Positions 8,673 through 18,823 of a DNA stretch of 22,002 bases are shown here, piece by piece. The stretch comes from Candidatus Hermodarchaeota archaeon. GTDB taxonomy: Archaea > Asgardarchaeota > Thorarchaeia > Thorarchaeales > Thorarchaeaceae. Below the pieces are notes generated by a model, which saw nothing but the letters and a program-made list of their open reading frames with translations, had not been told where the DNA came from and made no database searches. The first letter of the stretch is position 1; each line of letters starts with the position of its first letter. The DNA is taken from positions 1 to 22,002 of the forward strand of contig JBHLLF010000042.1 in the NCBI GenBank assembly GCA_048885865.1. The letters are read 5' to 3'. Made by a program: the position numbers and the translations under genes.

Positions 8673-11531
8673 TCAATTCAGGGGCCCATACCTGACCCTA
8701 CCGCCATACAAAGCATCGCGCAGATGATTGCCTGTATACGACTCCACTGAATCACAGAGGTCTTCCGGCGTGCCCACTGCAACGACCTGACCTCCGGCAT
8801 CTCCGCCTTCGGGTCCAAGATCAACCAACCAGTCTGCGGTCTTGATGACCTCAAGGTTATGTTCAACCATGATGACCGTGTTGCCACCCTCCACTAGTCT
8901 ATTCAACACTCGGAGCAGTACATGCACATCTGATGCTGATAGCCCTGTCGTGGGCTCGTCAAGCAGATACAGCGTCTTGCCTGTGCTTCGCCGTGAAAGT
9001 TCTGAGGCGATTTTCATTCGCTGCGCCTCGCCACCAGAGAGAGTCGTCGCAGGCTGTCCCAGTTCCAGATATCCAAGACCTACATCGACGAGTGTCTGGA
9101 GCTTGTCTGCGATTCTTGGAATATCACGGAAGAACTCTAGAGCCTCCTCGATTGTCATTGAGAGGACTTCTGTGATGTTCTTGCCCTTGTAGGTCACTTC
9201 AAGAGTCTCTCTGTCAAAGCGATCCCCCTTACACACATCACAGGTCATGAAGACATCACTCATGAAGTGCATCTCAACCGTAAGCACGCCACTTCCCTGG
9301 CACTTCTCGCATCGACCTTCACGTGTATTGAAAGAGAATCTCCCTTTACTGAATCCCCTGGCCTTTGCTTCAGGCATCTGAGCAAAGAGTGCTCTTATCG
9401 ATGCGAACGTCTGTGTATAGGTCGCGGGATTGGATCTAGGTGTGCGTCCAATTGGCGATTGGTCAACTAACACCAATCTATCGATATGTTCTATGCCCTC
9501 AATCCCGTCATGAGCCCCCGGAGGTGGCCCGGTTAAGCCCATTCTCCGCTGAAGTGCTCTATATAGTGTTTCATAAGTCAGGGTACTCTTCCCACTGCCG
9601 GAAACCCCTGTCACACAGATGAGCTTACCAAGCGGGAACTCCACAGTGATATTCTTGAGATTGTGCTGACTCGCACCTCTCAGTACAATCTTGGCCCCAT
9701 TCCCTTCTCGCCTCTCATTAGGCACAGGAATCTGCTTCTTTCCTGCAAGATATTGCGCAGTGAGCGACTTTGGATCTGCAAGGACATCTGTTGGAGGCCC
9801 CTCAGCCACTACGCGGCCTCCATGTATGCCAGCCAGCGGACCGAGATCTATGATATGATCTGCCGCTTGAATCGTATCCCGATCGTGCTCTATCACCACA
9901 ACAGTATTCCCGAGAGACCTCAGGTGATAGAAGGTCTCGATGAGGCGGTTGATGTCACGTGGATGGAGCCCGATCGAAGGTTCATCTAGACAGTAAAGGA
10001 CTCCAGTCAGTGCAGAGCCGATCTGTGTTGCAAGTCGTATTCTCTGGCTCTCGCCACCAGAGAGACTCATTGAGAGTCTATCTAGATTCAGATATTCAAG
10101 ACCTACAGAGATAAGGAACTTTAGTCGAGCCCGAATCTCCTTCAACACGAGTTCTGCAATCTTCATCTCACGTTCGGTGAGGTCAATCCTCTCGAAGAAG
10201 TCGGCAGCCTCTTCAATCGTCATTGATGTAACAGCGTCAATTGGCTTGCCACTTACTGTTACTGCGAGACTCTGAGGCTTCAGCTTTCTACCACCGCATG
10301 ACTCGCATGCCATCTTCCTAGAGAGAACATTGGCTATGTAGCTTGCTCGATACTGATACCACTGCTTCTCGCTTGTCCTCCCGTCCTCAAACACCTTTTC
10401 TATCCAAGGAATAAGGCCCAACCATTTCCGTGTAATCTCCCACTGTGATGACTCAGTATATTGAATGTAATGAAGCGTAATCTCAGGTCTTCCCCACAAC
10501 AGGGCCTCGCGCTGGGACTTGTTGAGCTTTGAGTAAGGAGTTTCTAGTGTGAAGCCCAAATGTTCACCTAGCGCCTCAAGACGACGAGTGAACCATGGCC
10601 TATCGGACCCGTTTACCCTCCTGCTAATGTCATGGATGGTCATTGACTTGCTGGGTATCACCAAATCAGGGTCAACCGCCATAGTGACTCCAAGACCATT
10701 GCATTCTATGCATGCTCCATCCGGACGATTGTAGGAGAACGCCTTGGGACCAAGCTTCTCATACTGAAGGCCACATTTCGGGCACATCAGCTGCTCAGCA
10801 AACATGAGGTCAGGTTCTCCTTCTCGTGCAATGACAGCCGCACCCTCACCGGTCTCCAGTGCGGTCTCTAGAGACCCTATGAGCCGTTCTCGAACTTTCT
10901 GGCTTATCTCAAGACGATCAACAACGACCTCGATGTCATGCTTCTTTCGACCATCAAGCTCAATGCCATCGATGTCATGTATATCACCATCCACCCGCAC
11001 TCTGGCAAAGCCATTCTTGAGAAGCCTCTCAAAGACTTCCTCGTGCTTCCCCGCATCGCCTCTCACGACAGGCGCTAGAACGAATACGCGATGACCACCA
11101 TTCTCATCCAAGAGAAGTCGTGCTGCAGACTCTGCGGTCAGCTGTTCCATTGCACGACCGCACTCCACACAGTGAGGCACACCAATGTTGGCGTATAGAA
11201 GCCGCAGATAGTCGTGAATCTCTGTTGACGTACCAACGGTCGATCTAGGATTCTTTGTCCTTCCTTTCTGCTCAATCGAGATAGCAGGAGGAAGTCCCGT
11301 GATCTTGTCTACCTTGGGCTTGTCCAGCCTGCCTAGGAAGCGTCTGGCATATGAGGAGAGTGACTCAACGTATCTTCTCTGCCCTTCAGCAAAAATGGTG
11401 TCAAAGACCAGAGTAGACTTGCCTGAGCCCGAAGGTCCGGTCACGACAACAAGACGGTCTCGAGGGATGTCTACATCTATCTTCTTGAGGTTGTGTTCCT
11501 CAGCCTTGCGGACTTTGATGTAGCCAGTCAT
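8673..11531 (-). CDS. uvrA: Excinuclease ABC subunit A (downstream paralogue, 952 aa)
   Basis: Two Walker A motifs ([18 protein letters not shown]), two LSGGE signatures, DEPS/DEPT Walker B motifs, three CxxC..CxxC zinc modules, [16 protein letters not shown], UvrB-binding and insertion domains present. Confidence 0.97.
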   Translation of the reverse strand: MTGYIKVRKAEEHNLKKIDVDIPRDRLVVVTGPSGSGKSTLVFDTIFAEGQRRYVESLSSYARRFLGRLDKPKVDKITGLPPAISIEQKGRTKNPRSTVGTSTEIHDYLRLLYANIGVPHCVECGRAMEQLTAESAARLLLDENGGHRVFVLAPVVRGDAGKHEEVFERLLKNGFARVRVDGDIHDIDGIELDGRKKHDIEVVVDRLEISQKVRERLIGSLETALETGEGAAVIAREGEPDLMFAEQLMCPKCGLQYEKLGPKAFSYNRPDGACIECNGLGVTMAVDPDLVIPSKSMTIHDISRRVNGSDRPWFTRRLEALGEHLGFTLETPYSKLNKSQREALLWGRPEITLHYIQYTESSQWEITRKWLGLIPWIEKVFEDGRTSEKQWYQYRASYIANVLSRKMACESCGGRKLKPQSLAVTVSGKPIDAVTSMTIEEAADFFERIDLTEREMKIAELVLKEIRARLKFLISVGLEYLNLDRLSMSLSGGESQRIRLATQIGSALTGVLYCLDEPSIGLHPRDINRLIETFYHLRSLGNTVVVIEHDRDTIQAADHIIDLGPLAGIHGGRVVAEGPPTDVLADPKSLTAQYLAGKKQIPVPNERREGNGAKIVLRGASQHNLKNITVEFPLGKLICVTGVSGSGKSTLTYETLYRALQRRMGLTGPPPGAHDGIEGIEHIDRLVLVDQSPIGRTPRSNPATYTQTFASIRALFAQMPEAKARGFSKGRFSFNTREGRCEKCQGSGVLTVEMHFMSDVFMTCDVCKGDRFDRETLEVTYKGKNITEVLSMTIEEALEFFRDIPRIADKLQTLVDVGLGYLELGQPATTLSGGEAQRMKIASELSRRSTGKTLYLLDEPTTGLSASDVHVLLRVLNRLVEGGNTVIMVEHNLEVIKTADWLVDLGPEGGDAGGQVVAVGTPEDLCDSVESYTGNHLRDALYGGRVRYGPLN

Positions 11532-14416
11532 CCCCTTACACCTTCCTCCGCAAGCAAGTCCTTCAGATATCTCCCTGTGAAGGAGTTCTTCTTTGCTAAG
11601 ATGTCCTCAGGAGTCCCCTCTGCTACAACATATCCCCCCTCATCACCTCCCTCAGGTCCAAGGTCTATCACCCAATCACTGGTCTTCACGACATCCAACT
11701 GATGCTCAATCACAAGAACGGTGTTCCCTAGATCGACTAGTCTGTGCAGGACCTCAAGGAGCTTCTTGATGTCCGCAAAATGAAGCCCAGTTGTGGGCTC
11801 GTCTAGCATTATCAGAGTTTGTCCGGTTGCAGGTCGCGAGAGGAACTTGCTCAGCTTCACACGTTGTGCCTCGCCGCCCGAGAGAGTTGTTGCAGGCTGC
11901 CCAAGTTTGATGTAGCCCATCCCAACTGCACATAATGTCTCGAGTCGTCTATGAATCGAAGGAACACCTTCAAAGAACTTCACTGCCTCGTCGATCCTCA
12001 TGTCTAGGATGTCTGCTATGTTCTTCCCCTTGAATCGGACCTGAAGTGTTTCTCTGTTATACCTCCGCCCTTTGCACTCAGTGCATGTGACCTGAACAGG
12101 AGGGAGAAACTGCATCTCAATTATCTCGACACCAGCGCCTTGGCACTTCTCACATCGACCTCCTTTCACGTTGAAAGAGAAGCGTCCAGGCTTGTATCCG
12201 CGTATCTGTGACTCAGGAAGACCGGAGAATAGCTCTCTAAGTGGAGACCACAGTCCAGTATACGTCGCAGGATTCGACCGGGGTGTCCTGCCGATCGGAC
12301 TCTGGTCAATCACGATCACTTTATCGAGCTGCTCTGCTCCAACGATATCATCATGGTCGCCGGGCTTCTTCTCAGCCTTGTGGAACCTGTGCGCCAGCTC
12401 TCTCTGAAGAGTTTCAACAATAAGACTTGACTTGCCGCTACCTGACACACCAGTCACTGAGATAAACATCCCAAGTGGAAATCTGACATTGATATTCTTG
12501 AGGTTGTTATGTCGAGCACCACGCAACTCGATGAAGCGGCCATTGGGTCCTCTTCGCTTCTTGGGGACTGGAATCGCAACTTCTCCACGGAGATACTTGG
12601 CTGTGATCGAGTCCTTTGCATTGAGTATTTCACTCAATTCTCCAGCAACAACAACCTCTCCACCCTCAGCCCCAGCACCCGGTCCGAGATCGACGATATA
12701 ATCTGCGCTCTTCATGGTCTCTTCGTCATGTTCGACCACTAAGACAGTGTTTCCGAGGTCTCTCAGCCGCATCAACGAGTTGAGTAGACGCTTATTGTCA
12801 CGTGCATGAAGCCCGATCGAAGGTTCATCGCATACATAGGTCACTCCAACAAGATTCGAGCCAATCTGACTGGCTAGTCGTATGCGCTGTGCCTCGCCAC
12901 CTGCGAGAGACGGAGCGGTTCGGTTCAGAGTCAGATAGTCGAGGCCTACATCTCTCAGGAAGCCTATTCTGCCCATAATCTCTCTGAGTATTGGTTCGGC
13001 TACCGGTTGAAAGCGAGGATCTATCTTGACACTCTTGAAGAACTCATGCAGCCCCTTCACTGACAAGACATCAATCTCGGCAATGGACTTTCCCCCAAAG
13101 GTCACGGCGCGGGACTCGGGGCGCAAACGGCTACCATTGCATGATGGGCACGTGAGCTCCGACATGTATAGGGACTCAATCTGCTTCCTGCTGTATTCAG
13201 ATTTTGTCGTGCTATAGACTCGCAGCGCTCTCTGCATCCAACCTTCGAAGGGCCGCTGGAATTTCCCAGAGTAGGTAACACCATAGTCCTCATTCCCACC
13301 CTCCCACGTCGACTCAAACCGTTCTTCACCAGATCCATGAAGCAGGACGTGTTTCTGTTTCTTAGTTAGGTCGTTCCACTTTGTATCGAGGGTGAAGCCA
13401 TACTTCTCAGCGACTTTCTTTAGGCGAGTCCGCTTCAGCTTCCACTCGTAGCCCCTTAAAGCACCTTCACGGATGGTGAGTTCAGGATTCTCAATGAACC
13501 TGTCAGGATCGAACTCGCGGACTGAACCGATGCCTGTACATTGGGGACATGCACCCTGAGGTGTATTCCATGAGAAGATACGTGGTTCCATCTCAGGCAG
13601 ACTGATACCGCAGTCCACGCAGGCGAACTGCTCTGAGAGAGTGATATCGCCATCTGGCTTTGATATGACCACGACACCATCAGCCATGTTCAGGGAGGTT
13701 TCTACAGCCTCAGAGATTCTTCCCCGTTCAGATGGTTTGACACGTACTCTATCAATCACAACCTCAATGGTGTGTTCAAAATAGCGGTCGAGTGACATTC
13801 CTTCCTCAATGTCCTTTAGCTCGCCATCCACACGTGCTCTGATGTAGCCCTTCTTCAGAAGGTCCTTGAACTCCCTACGGTACTCCCCCTTTCGACCCCT
13901 CACAATGGGAGCCATAATCATAATCCGGGTGCCTTCCTCAAGCTGCAGGACGATGTCCACCATCTGTTGTGATGTCTGTGGCTCAATTTTCTTTCCGCAT
14001 TCGGGACAGTGCGGCTCGCCCACTCTAGCGTACAATAATCTCAGGAAGTCGTAGATCTCCGTTATTGTGCCAACTGTCGAGCGAGGGTTCCTCCCTACAC
14101 TCTTCTGGTCTATAGATATCGAGGGAGAAAGACCCGACATGAAGTCCACCTTTGGCTTCTCAAGCATACCAAGAAACTGACGGGCATAGGGTGAGAGCGA
14201 TTCAACGAATCTTCGCTGGCCTTCTGCAAAGATGGTATCGAAGACCAAGCTGGACTTACCGCTGCCTGAGACCCCAGTTACGACTGTTAGGGTGTTCTTC
14301 GGAATCTCCACGTCGATGTGCCGCAGATTGTTTTCTGCTGCACCCATAACGACGATAGACCTCGGTCCGTCGAACTCAGTCGGGTCACCATTGCGCTTCT
14401 TTGTCGCAGCCTTCAC
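11528..14416 (-). CDS. uvrA: Excinuclease ABC subunit A (upstream paralogue, 962 aa)
   Basis: GVSGSGKSS twice, LAGGEAQRI and LSGGEAQRV signatures, CDEPS/LDEPTT, three zinc modules, [19 protein letters not shown] start overlaps the uvrB stop (GTGA). Confidence 0.97.
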   Translation of the reverse strand: MKAATKKRNGDPTEFDGPRSIVVMGAAENNLRHIDVEIPKNTLTVVTGVSGSGKSSLVFDTIFAEGQRRFVESLSPYARQFLGMLEKPKVDFMSGLSPSISIDQKSVGRNPRSTVGTITEIYDFLRLLYARVGEPHCPECGKKIEPQTSQQMVDIVLQLEEGTRIMIMAPIVRGRKGEYRREFKDLLKKGYIRARVDGELKDIEEGMSLDRYFEHTIEVVIDRVRVKPSERGRISEAVETSLNMADGVVVISKPDGDITLSEQFACVDCGISLPEMEPRIFSWNTPQGACPQCTGIGSVREFDPDRFIENPELTIREGALRGYEWKLKRTRLKKVAEKYGFTLDTKWNDLTKKQKHVLLHGSGEERFESTWEGGNEDYGVTYSGKFQRPFEGWMQRALRVYSTTKSEYSRKQIESLYMSELTCPSCNGSRLRPESRAVTFGGKSIAEIDVLSVKGLHEFFKSVKIDPRFQPVAEPILREIMGRIGFLRDVGLDYLTLNRTAPSLAGGEAQRIRLASQIGSNLVGVTYVCDEPSIGLHARDNKRLLNSLMRLRDLGNTVLVVEHDEETMKSADYIVDLGPGAGAEGGEVVVAGELSEILNAKDSITAKYLRGEVAIPVPKKRRGPNGRFIELRGARHNNLKNINVRFPLGMFISVTGVSGSGKSSLIVETLQRELAHRFHKAEKKPGDHDDIVGAEQLDKVIVIDQSPIGRTPRSNPATYTGLWSPLRELFSGLPESQIRGYKPGRFSFNVKGGRCEKCQGAGVEIIEMQFLPPVQVTCTECKGRRYNRETLQVRFKGKNIADILDMRIDEAVKFFEGVPSIHRRLETLCAVGMGYIKLGQPATTLSGGEAQRVKLSKFLSRPATGQTLIMLDEPTTGLHFADIKKLLEVLHRLVDLGNTVLVIEHQLDVVKTSDWVIDLGPEGGDEGGYVVAEGTPEDILAKKNSFTGRYLKDLLAEEGVRG

Positions 14417-16398
14417 GTTCCGTTGCCCTCAACCTTCTTTCTCAAATCCAAAATCTGATCTCGCAGTTTCGCCGCTCTTTCGAACTCAAGGTTCCGAGCA
14501 GCCTCTTTCATCTGTTCCTCCAGGTCGATGATATAGTCCATCATGTCTTCAATTTCAAGCGGGTCGAAATCCCCGATCTCAGTCTGCACCGTCTTCTCCA
14601 GTCTAACAATGCCTTCAGCAATGTCACGAATGTCCTTCACAATGGTACGAGGCTCGATGTTGTGTTCCTCATTGAACTTGATTTGATAGCTCCGTCTGCG
14701 ATTTGTTTCATCTATTGCACTCTGCATGGCATTAGACACATGATCTCCATATAGGATAACTCGACCTCGAACATTGCGAGAGGCTCTACCCATTGTCTGA
14801 ATAAGTGCCCAGTCAGTACGGAGGAATCCTTCCTTGTCTGCATCAAGAACCGCTACTAGACCCACTTCTGGAAGGTCGAGTCCCTCACGCAGTAGATTGA
14901 TCCCAACAAGGACATCGAACTTACCTTGTCTGAGCTGCCGTATTATCTCAATCCTCTCGACAGTGCCAATGTCTGAGTGGAGATATCTCGCCTTGATACC
15001 AGCCTCTACAAGATACTCTGCCAACATCTCAGCAGTCTTCTTAGTGAGAGTGGTCACTAGGACTCTGTCACGGTCTGCAGTAGTCTGCTTTATCTCGCCC
15101 AACAGATGGTCAACCTGTCCTACGACTGGACGAACTGTGATGTCTGGATCGAGGAGACCTGTGGGTCTGAGGAGCTGCTCAACAATCTGTCCACTCACTT
15201 TGCGTTCATGAGGGCCAGGTGTTGCGCTCGTGTAAACAACGTGCTTCATGTACTTCTCGAACTCTTTGAACTTCAGGGGTCGGTTATCAAACGCCGATGG
15301 TAGTCTGAATCCATAGTCGACCAAGTTCTGCTTTCGAGAGAGGTCTCCGTGGTACATGCCCCGAACCTGTGGAATGGTCATATGGGACTCATCGATGATC
15401 ATTAGGAAGTCCTCAGGGAAGTAATCCAGCAATGTATATGGCTTCTCACCCTTCTTTCTTCCATCTATATACCGTGAATAGTTCTCAATCCCTTGAGTTT
15501 TGCCGGTCTCCCTCATCATCTCCATATCATAAAGGGTGCGTCTCTTGAGTCGATCAGCCTCAACAAGCTTTCCTTGCTGTCTAAACCGCTCAACTCGTTC
15601 TCTCATTTCCTGCTCGATGGCATCTAGTGAATCGGTGATTCTTTCATACCGTGCGATATGATGCCTGGCCGGAAACAGCTCAATCCACTTCAAACGCTCT
15701 AGGTGTCTTGAGGTCAGAGCTTCGAGTACAGAGATTCTTTCAACTTCATCTCCATCGAGTTCAATCCTGATGAGGTTCCTTGAGGCAGCCGGACAGACAT
15801 CGATCACATCCCCCCTCACACGAAAAGTCCCTGGCTTCACTTCCATGTCATTCCGGTCGTACTGCATGGCCACGAGTTTCTCGAGTAGACTTCGTCTGTC
15901 TATCTCCTTGCCAACCTCCACCATCATTCGGAAGTAGTCATACTCTGAGGGGTTGCCCACTCCATAAATACAGGAAACAGAGGCAACAACGATGACATCA
16001 TCTCGAGACCTCAATGAGTGCGTTGCTGAATGTCTGAGGCGTTCAATCTCCTCATTGATGTCAGATTCCTTCTCAATGTACATGTCCTTTGATGGCACGT
16101 AAGCCTCTGGCTGATAATAATCATAATAACTCACGAAATATTCGACTGCCGCATCGGGGAAGAACTGCCTGTACTCTGAGGCCAGCTGTGCTGCCAGAGT
16201 CTTGTTGTGAGAGATGACTAGAGTTGGCTTGTTGTACTTCTCGATCACATTTGCCATTGTGAACGTCTTGCCGCTTCCTGTGACACCCAGCAGAGTCTGG
16301 TACTGAAGTTCGCTCTCGAGACCCTCCACTAGTTTATCTATCGCTTGCGGCTGATCGCCAGTGGGCTCGAAGGGGGCTTCAAGTTTGAACTCTGCCAT
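14413..16398 (-). CDS. uvrB: Excinuclease ABC subunit B
   Basis: PTGDQPQAI, GVTGSGKT, HNKTLAAQL, beta-hairpin YYDYYQPEAY, DESH, INLLREGLDLPEV, C-terminal UVR domain (LEFERAAKLRD). GAGGT RBS upstream. Confidence 0.98.
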   Translation of the reverse strand: MAEFKLEAPFEPTGDQPQAIDKLVEGLESELQYQTLLGVTGSGKTFTMANVIEKYNKPTLVISHNKTLAAQLASEYRQFFPDAAVEYFVSYYDYYQPEAYVPSKDMYIEKESDINEEIERLRHSATHSLRSRDDVIVVASVSCIYGVGNPSEYDYFRMMVEVGKEIDRRSLLEKLVAMQYDRNDMEVKPGTFRVRGDVIDVCPAASRNLIRIELDGDEVERISVLEALTSRHLERLKWIELFPARHHIARYERITDSLDAIEQEMRERVERFRQQGKLVEADRLKRRTLYDMEMMRETGKTQGIENYSRYIDGRKKGEKPYTLLDYFPEDFLMIIDESHMTIPQVRGMYHGDLSRKQNLVDYGFRLPSAFDNRPLKFKEFEKYMKHVVYTSATPGPHERKVSGQIVEQLLRPTGLLDPDITVRPVVGQVDHLLGEIKQTTADRDRVLVTTLTKKTAEMLAEYLVEAGIKARYLHSDIGTVERIEIIRQLRQGKFDVLVGINLLREGLDLPEVGLVAVLDADKEGFLRTDWALIQTMGRASRNVRGRVILYGDHVSNAMQSAIDETNRRRSYQIKFNEEHNIEPRTIVKDIRDIAEGIVRLEKTVQTEIGDFDPLEIEDMMDYIIDLEEQMKEAARNLEFERAAKLRDQILDLRKKVEGNGT

Positions 16399-16628
16399 CT
16401 GCTCGGACCTCTACATCAGTGTCGCTCACACCTGACTACAAGTAACTCTTTGGATTTGTACTATGCCTCGACAACATCTGGACGGCTCACACTTCTACTA
16501 GGAGTTTATCGTTTAGATGGGTTCGGTCGATGAAACATCAACGTCTGAGGGAGATGGTCGAAAGTATCAGGCGAGCAGAATATCCGCTGCAGAACCGAGA
16601 TATATCACTAAAGCTCGGAAAGTCCGAG
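16385..16628. repeat. Structured direct repeat, copy 1 (overlaps uvrB first 14 nt, RBS and upstream region)
   Basis: By manual alignment, about 18 differences over the first ~190 nt versus 21710-21898. Shares the core CTTCTACTAGGAG...GGTCGAAAGTATC and terminal GATATATCA-N6-CTCGG-N5-CCGAG with copies 2 and 3. Confidence 0.95.
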
Positions 16629-16734
16629 AGGAATATCAGTGTATACATCCAACCATTAATACAACCAGTTCACATAGACTGATTGATTGAGAGCGCTGCT
16701 CTTTGTAGCGCCGATTCCCGGGTTGCCAAATCCC

Positions 16735-17568
16735 TCACCCCAAACCCGTATGATGTTTGTCTTGAGACTGTTGTGTTTCATCCGGTACTCCAAAAGCTCT
16801 GTAGAATCCAGCTTCGATGATGTATGTGAGGACCAAGATTAGCCCTGCACAACTCAGAATCGGCAAGAATAAAGCTAGATCTTGAAACCCGCCAATGAAT
16901 GTCAAGAGGGTCATGAGTCCCATAACGCACAGACCAGGACCAAAAAGACATGCGAATGCCACATCTGTTCCTTCATCCTCTGAACCTGATGTCAATCGAA
17001 TGCGATCGTTATGACTGGCTGGAATGCCTGAATCAGGATTCAGCTTCTTGAATGCTCTATAATAGCCCTCACTTCTGAACTCAAGAGAACCTCTATGAAG
17101 GAAGAATGACACATCGTAGAAGCTATGAAACGGAGATAGCACATCGAAATATCGTGATAGCTTGAGTATTTTGAATCCAAGTGGCGCAGACAGAGCTACG
17201 AGCATTAACAGGAAGGTCATTATCGAAGGACTTGGAGCCAACATATTCAGGATGTATGACAATGTCAGAATCAGCACGAGTGCGGTCATTGCTCCTACCA
17301 TGTTTTTGATTCGCAATGCTTTCTGTTCAGTTCTTGCGAAGAGCTCACAGGAGGTACAGAGGTAAAGGTGTGCATTAACACTAAAACTCTGATGGCGTAC
17401 TGTATCCATGAGAGCACTGGATTCCTTAGTTTGTATCTCTCTCTCAATTGTATATTTCGTGCTAATGAGATCCACTTTTTCTTGTGTACCACAACCTATG
17501 CAGGCTTTTGGCTATGACATCTTCTGAAACCTAAGATTGAATGGACGGCGACCATCAAACAACTGCAT
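16735..17568 (-). pseudogene. Zinc-ribbon (CxxC...CxxC) membrane protein interrupted by an in-frame TAG at 17512-17514
   Basis: The frame of ORF 16735..17475 extends upstream as MQLFDGRRPFNLRFQKMS*PKACIGCGTQEKVDL..., starting at ATG 17568 after AGAGGGA. CIGC would pair with the downstream CTSC; about 4 TM segments follow. Confidence 0.7.
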
Positions 17569-17737
17569 TCCCTCTTTCTGGCCAAGAACCAAGATTGATT
17601 AAGAAAAATCTTTGGAGCTTGCAAGCATACAATCGGTGCGGAGAGACCTCTGCAGATTTGTGCCAAGGACGTTGGGATGAATAGTCAAGACTTATCAAAT
17701 CCTGCAGTTTGGAAGAAATGGTTTTGAGGAAAGAAAC

Positions 17738-18823
17738 ATGAGTATCGAACTGACCTACACTCTTGAGTTTGATGATGATTATCAATATCAAGACCCTGAC
17801 TTTGATGGGGAGTTTATAGTTCAGAGAAGGGAGGTGTTCTCTCAGGAAGACGAAAAGATAGAACTTGAAGATATGTTGTATATGACTCAGATTGACCTTT
17901 CTCCACTCAGCTCGTGCAAGAATCTGAAAAAATTTCGAATACATGGTAGCTACCTCACAACCATTGACATCACTTCACTCAGTTCTTGTACTGCCCTTGA
18001 GGTGCTAAATCTTGAAGGCAACCTGCTTCAAGACATTGACCTAGCTCCACTCAGTTCGTGCACTAATCTGAAAGAGCTGTGGTTGAATCATAACCGTTTC
18101 AAGAACATCGATTTGTCCCCCCTAAGTTCATGTGACAATCTTCAAAAGCTCTTGTTAGGTCGGAACTATCTATTGAACATTGACCTCTCCCCTCTCCGTA
18201 CTTGTACTAAATTGAATTGGCTTGCTCTCACAGAGAATCAGCTCAAGAACATTGATCTTGGTCCCTTATGTTTCTGCAGGCATCTTGAGCATCTCGACCT
18301 AAGCAACAACCGATTTATTGAGATAGATCTGGCTCCTCTAAGCGACATGGTTGACCTGAAACATCTATACCTGGGCCAGAATCAACTACAGAGTGTTGAT
18401 CTCACACCGCTGAGTACATGTGCGGCTCTTGAATTTCTCATACTGAGAGATAATCATCTAATGGACATCGACTTGACACCACTCAGCTCCTGTGTAAGTC
18501 TGAGATACCTCAATCTGGCGAGGAACCAGCTACCAAATATTGACTTATCCCCCCTTGGTCCTGATGTTGAGGTGCGGCTAGGTCCATCTCAAGACGTTGT
18601 TCCTATCGTGTCCCGAAAACCCTCTCAACTCACAAGAAGTGAACTGATTGAACGAATCAAACATGGTGAGACGATGGAAGATATTAGAGCGCGAGGTCCT
18701 GTGGAGGTCAAATGCGAAGGATGCAACACTGTCTATCATCATTATCCAGACCAATTCAGTAGTCTTGAAAAATGCGGCATTTGCGGTGAGATGATTCATC
18801 TTCCTCGATTATCTAAGGAATAA
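17738..18823 (+). CDS. Leucine-rich repeat protein with C-terminal zinc ribbon
   Basis: Nine complete 24-aa repeats (IDLxPLSSCxxLxxLxLxxNxLxx) plus a partial tenth; C-terminal CEGC...CGIC; GAGG upstream. Confidence 0.93.
   Translation: MSIELTYTLEFDDDYQYQDPDFDGEFIVQRREVFSQEDEKIELEDMLYMTQIDLSPLSSCKNLKKFRIHGSYLTTIDITSLSSCTALEVLNLEGNLLQDIDLAPLSSCTNLKELWLNHNRFKNIDLSPLSSCDNLQKLLLGRNYLLNIDLSPLRTCTKLNWLALTENQLKNIDLGPLCFCRHLEHLDLSNNRFIEIDLAPLSDMVDLKHLYLGQNQLQSVDLTPLSTCAALEFLILRDNHLMDIDLTPLSSCVSLRYLNLARNQLPNIDLSPLGPDVEVRLGPSQDVVPIVSRKPSQLTRSELIERIKHGETMEDIRARGPVEVKCEGCNTVYHHYPDQFSSLEKCGICGEMIHLPRLSKE
17891..18556 (+). repeat. 72-bp-period coding repeat underlying the LRR units
   Basis: ATTGAC/ATCGAT/GTTGAT (ID/VD) recurs at an exact 72-nt period from 17891 to 18539. 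Confidence 0.85.

Noticed and set aside
11528-11531. Frameshifted single double-length UvrA
   Set aside because: The junction is a clean ATGA stop/start overlap with an RBS-like GGAGG upstream. Each ORF has normal UvrA termini, so two genes is the simpler reading.
8678-15995. Many short ORFs antisense or out of frame within the uvr genes
   Set aside because: Shadow ORFs of strongly supported uvrA/uvrB genes.
17555-17944. 129-aa minus-strand ORF
   Set aside because: Antisense shadow of the LRR gene 5' end; no recognisable motifs.
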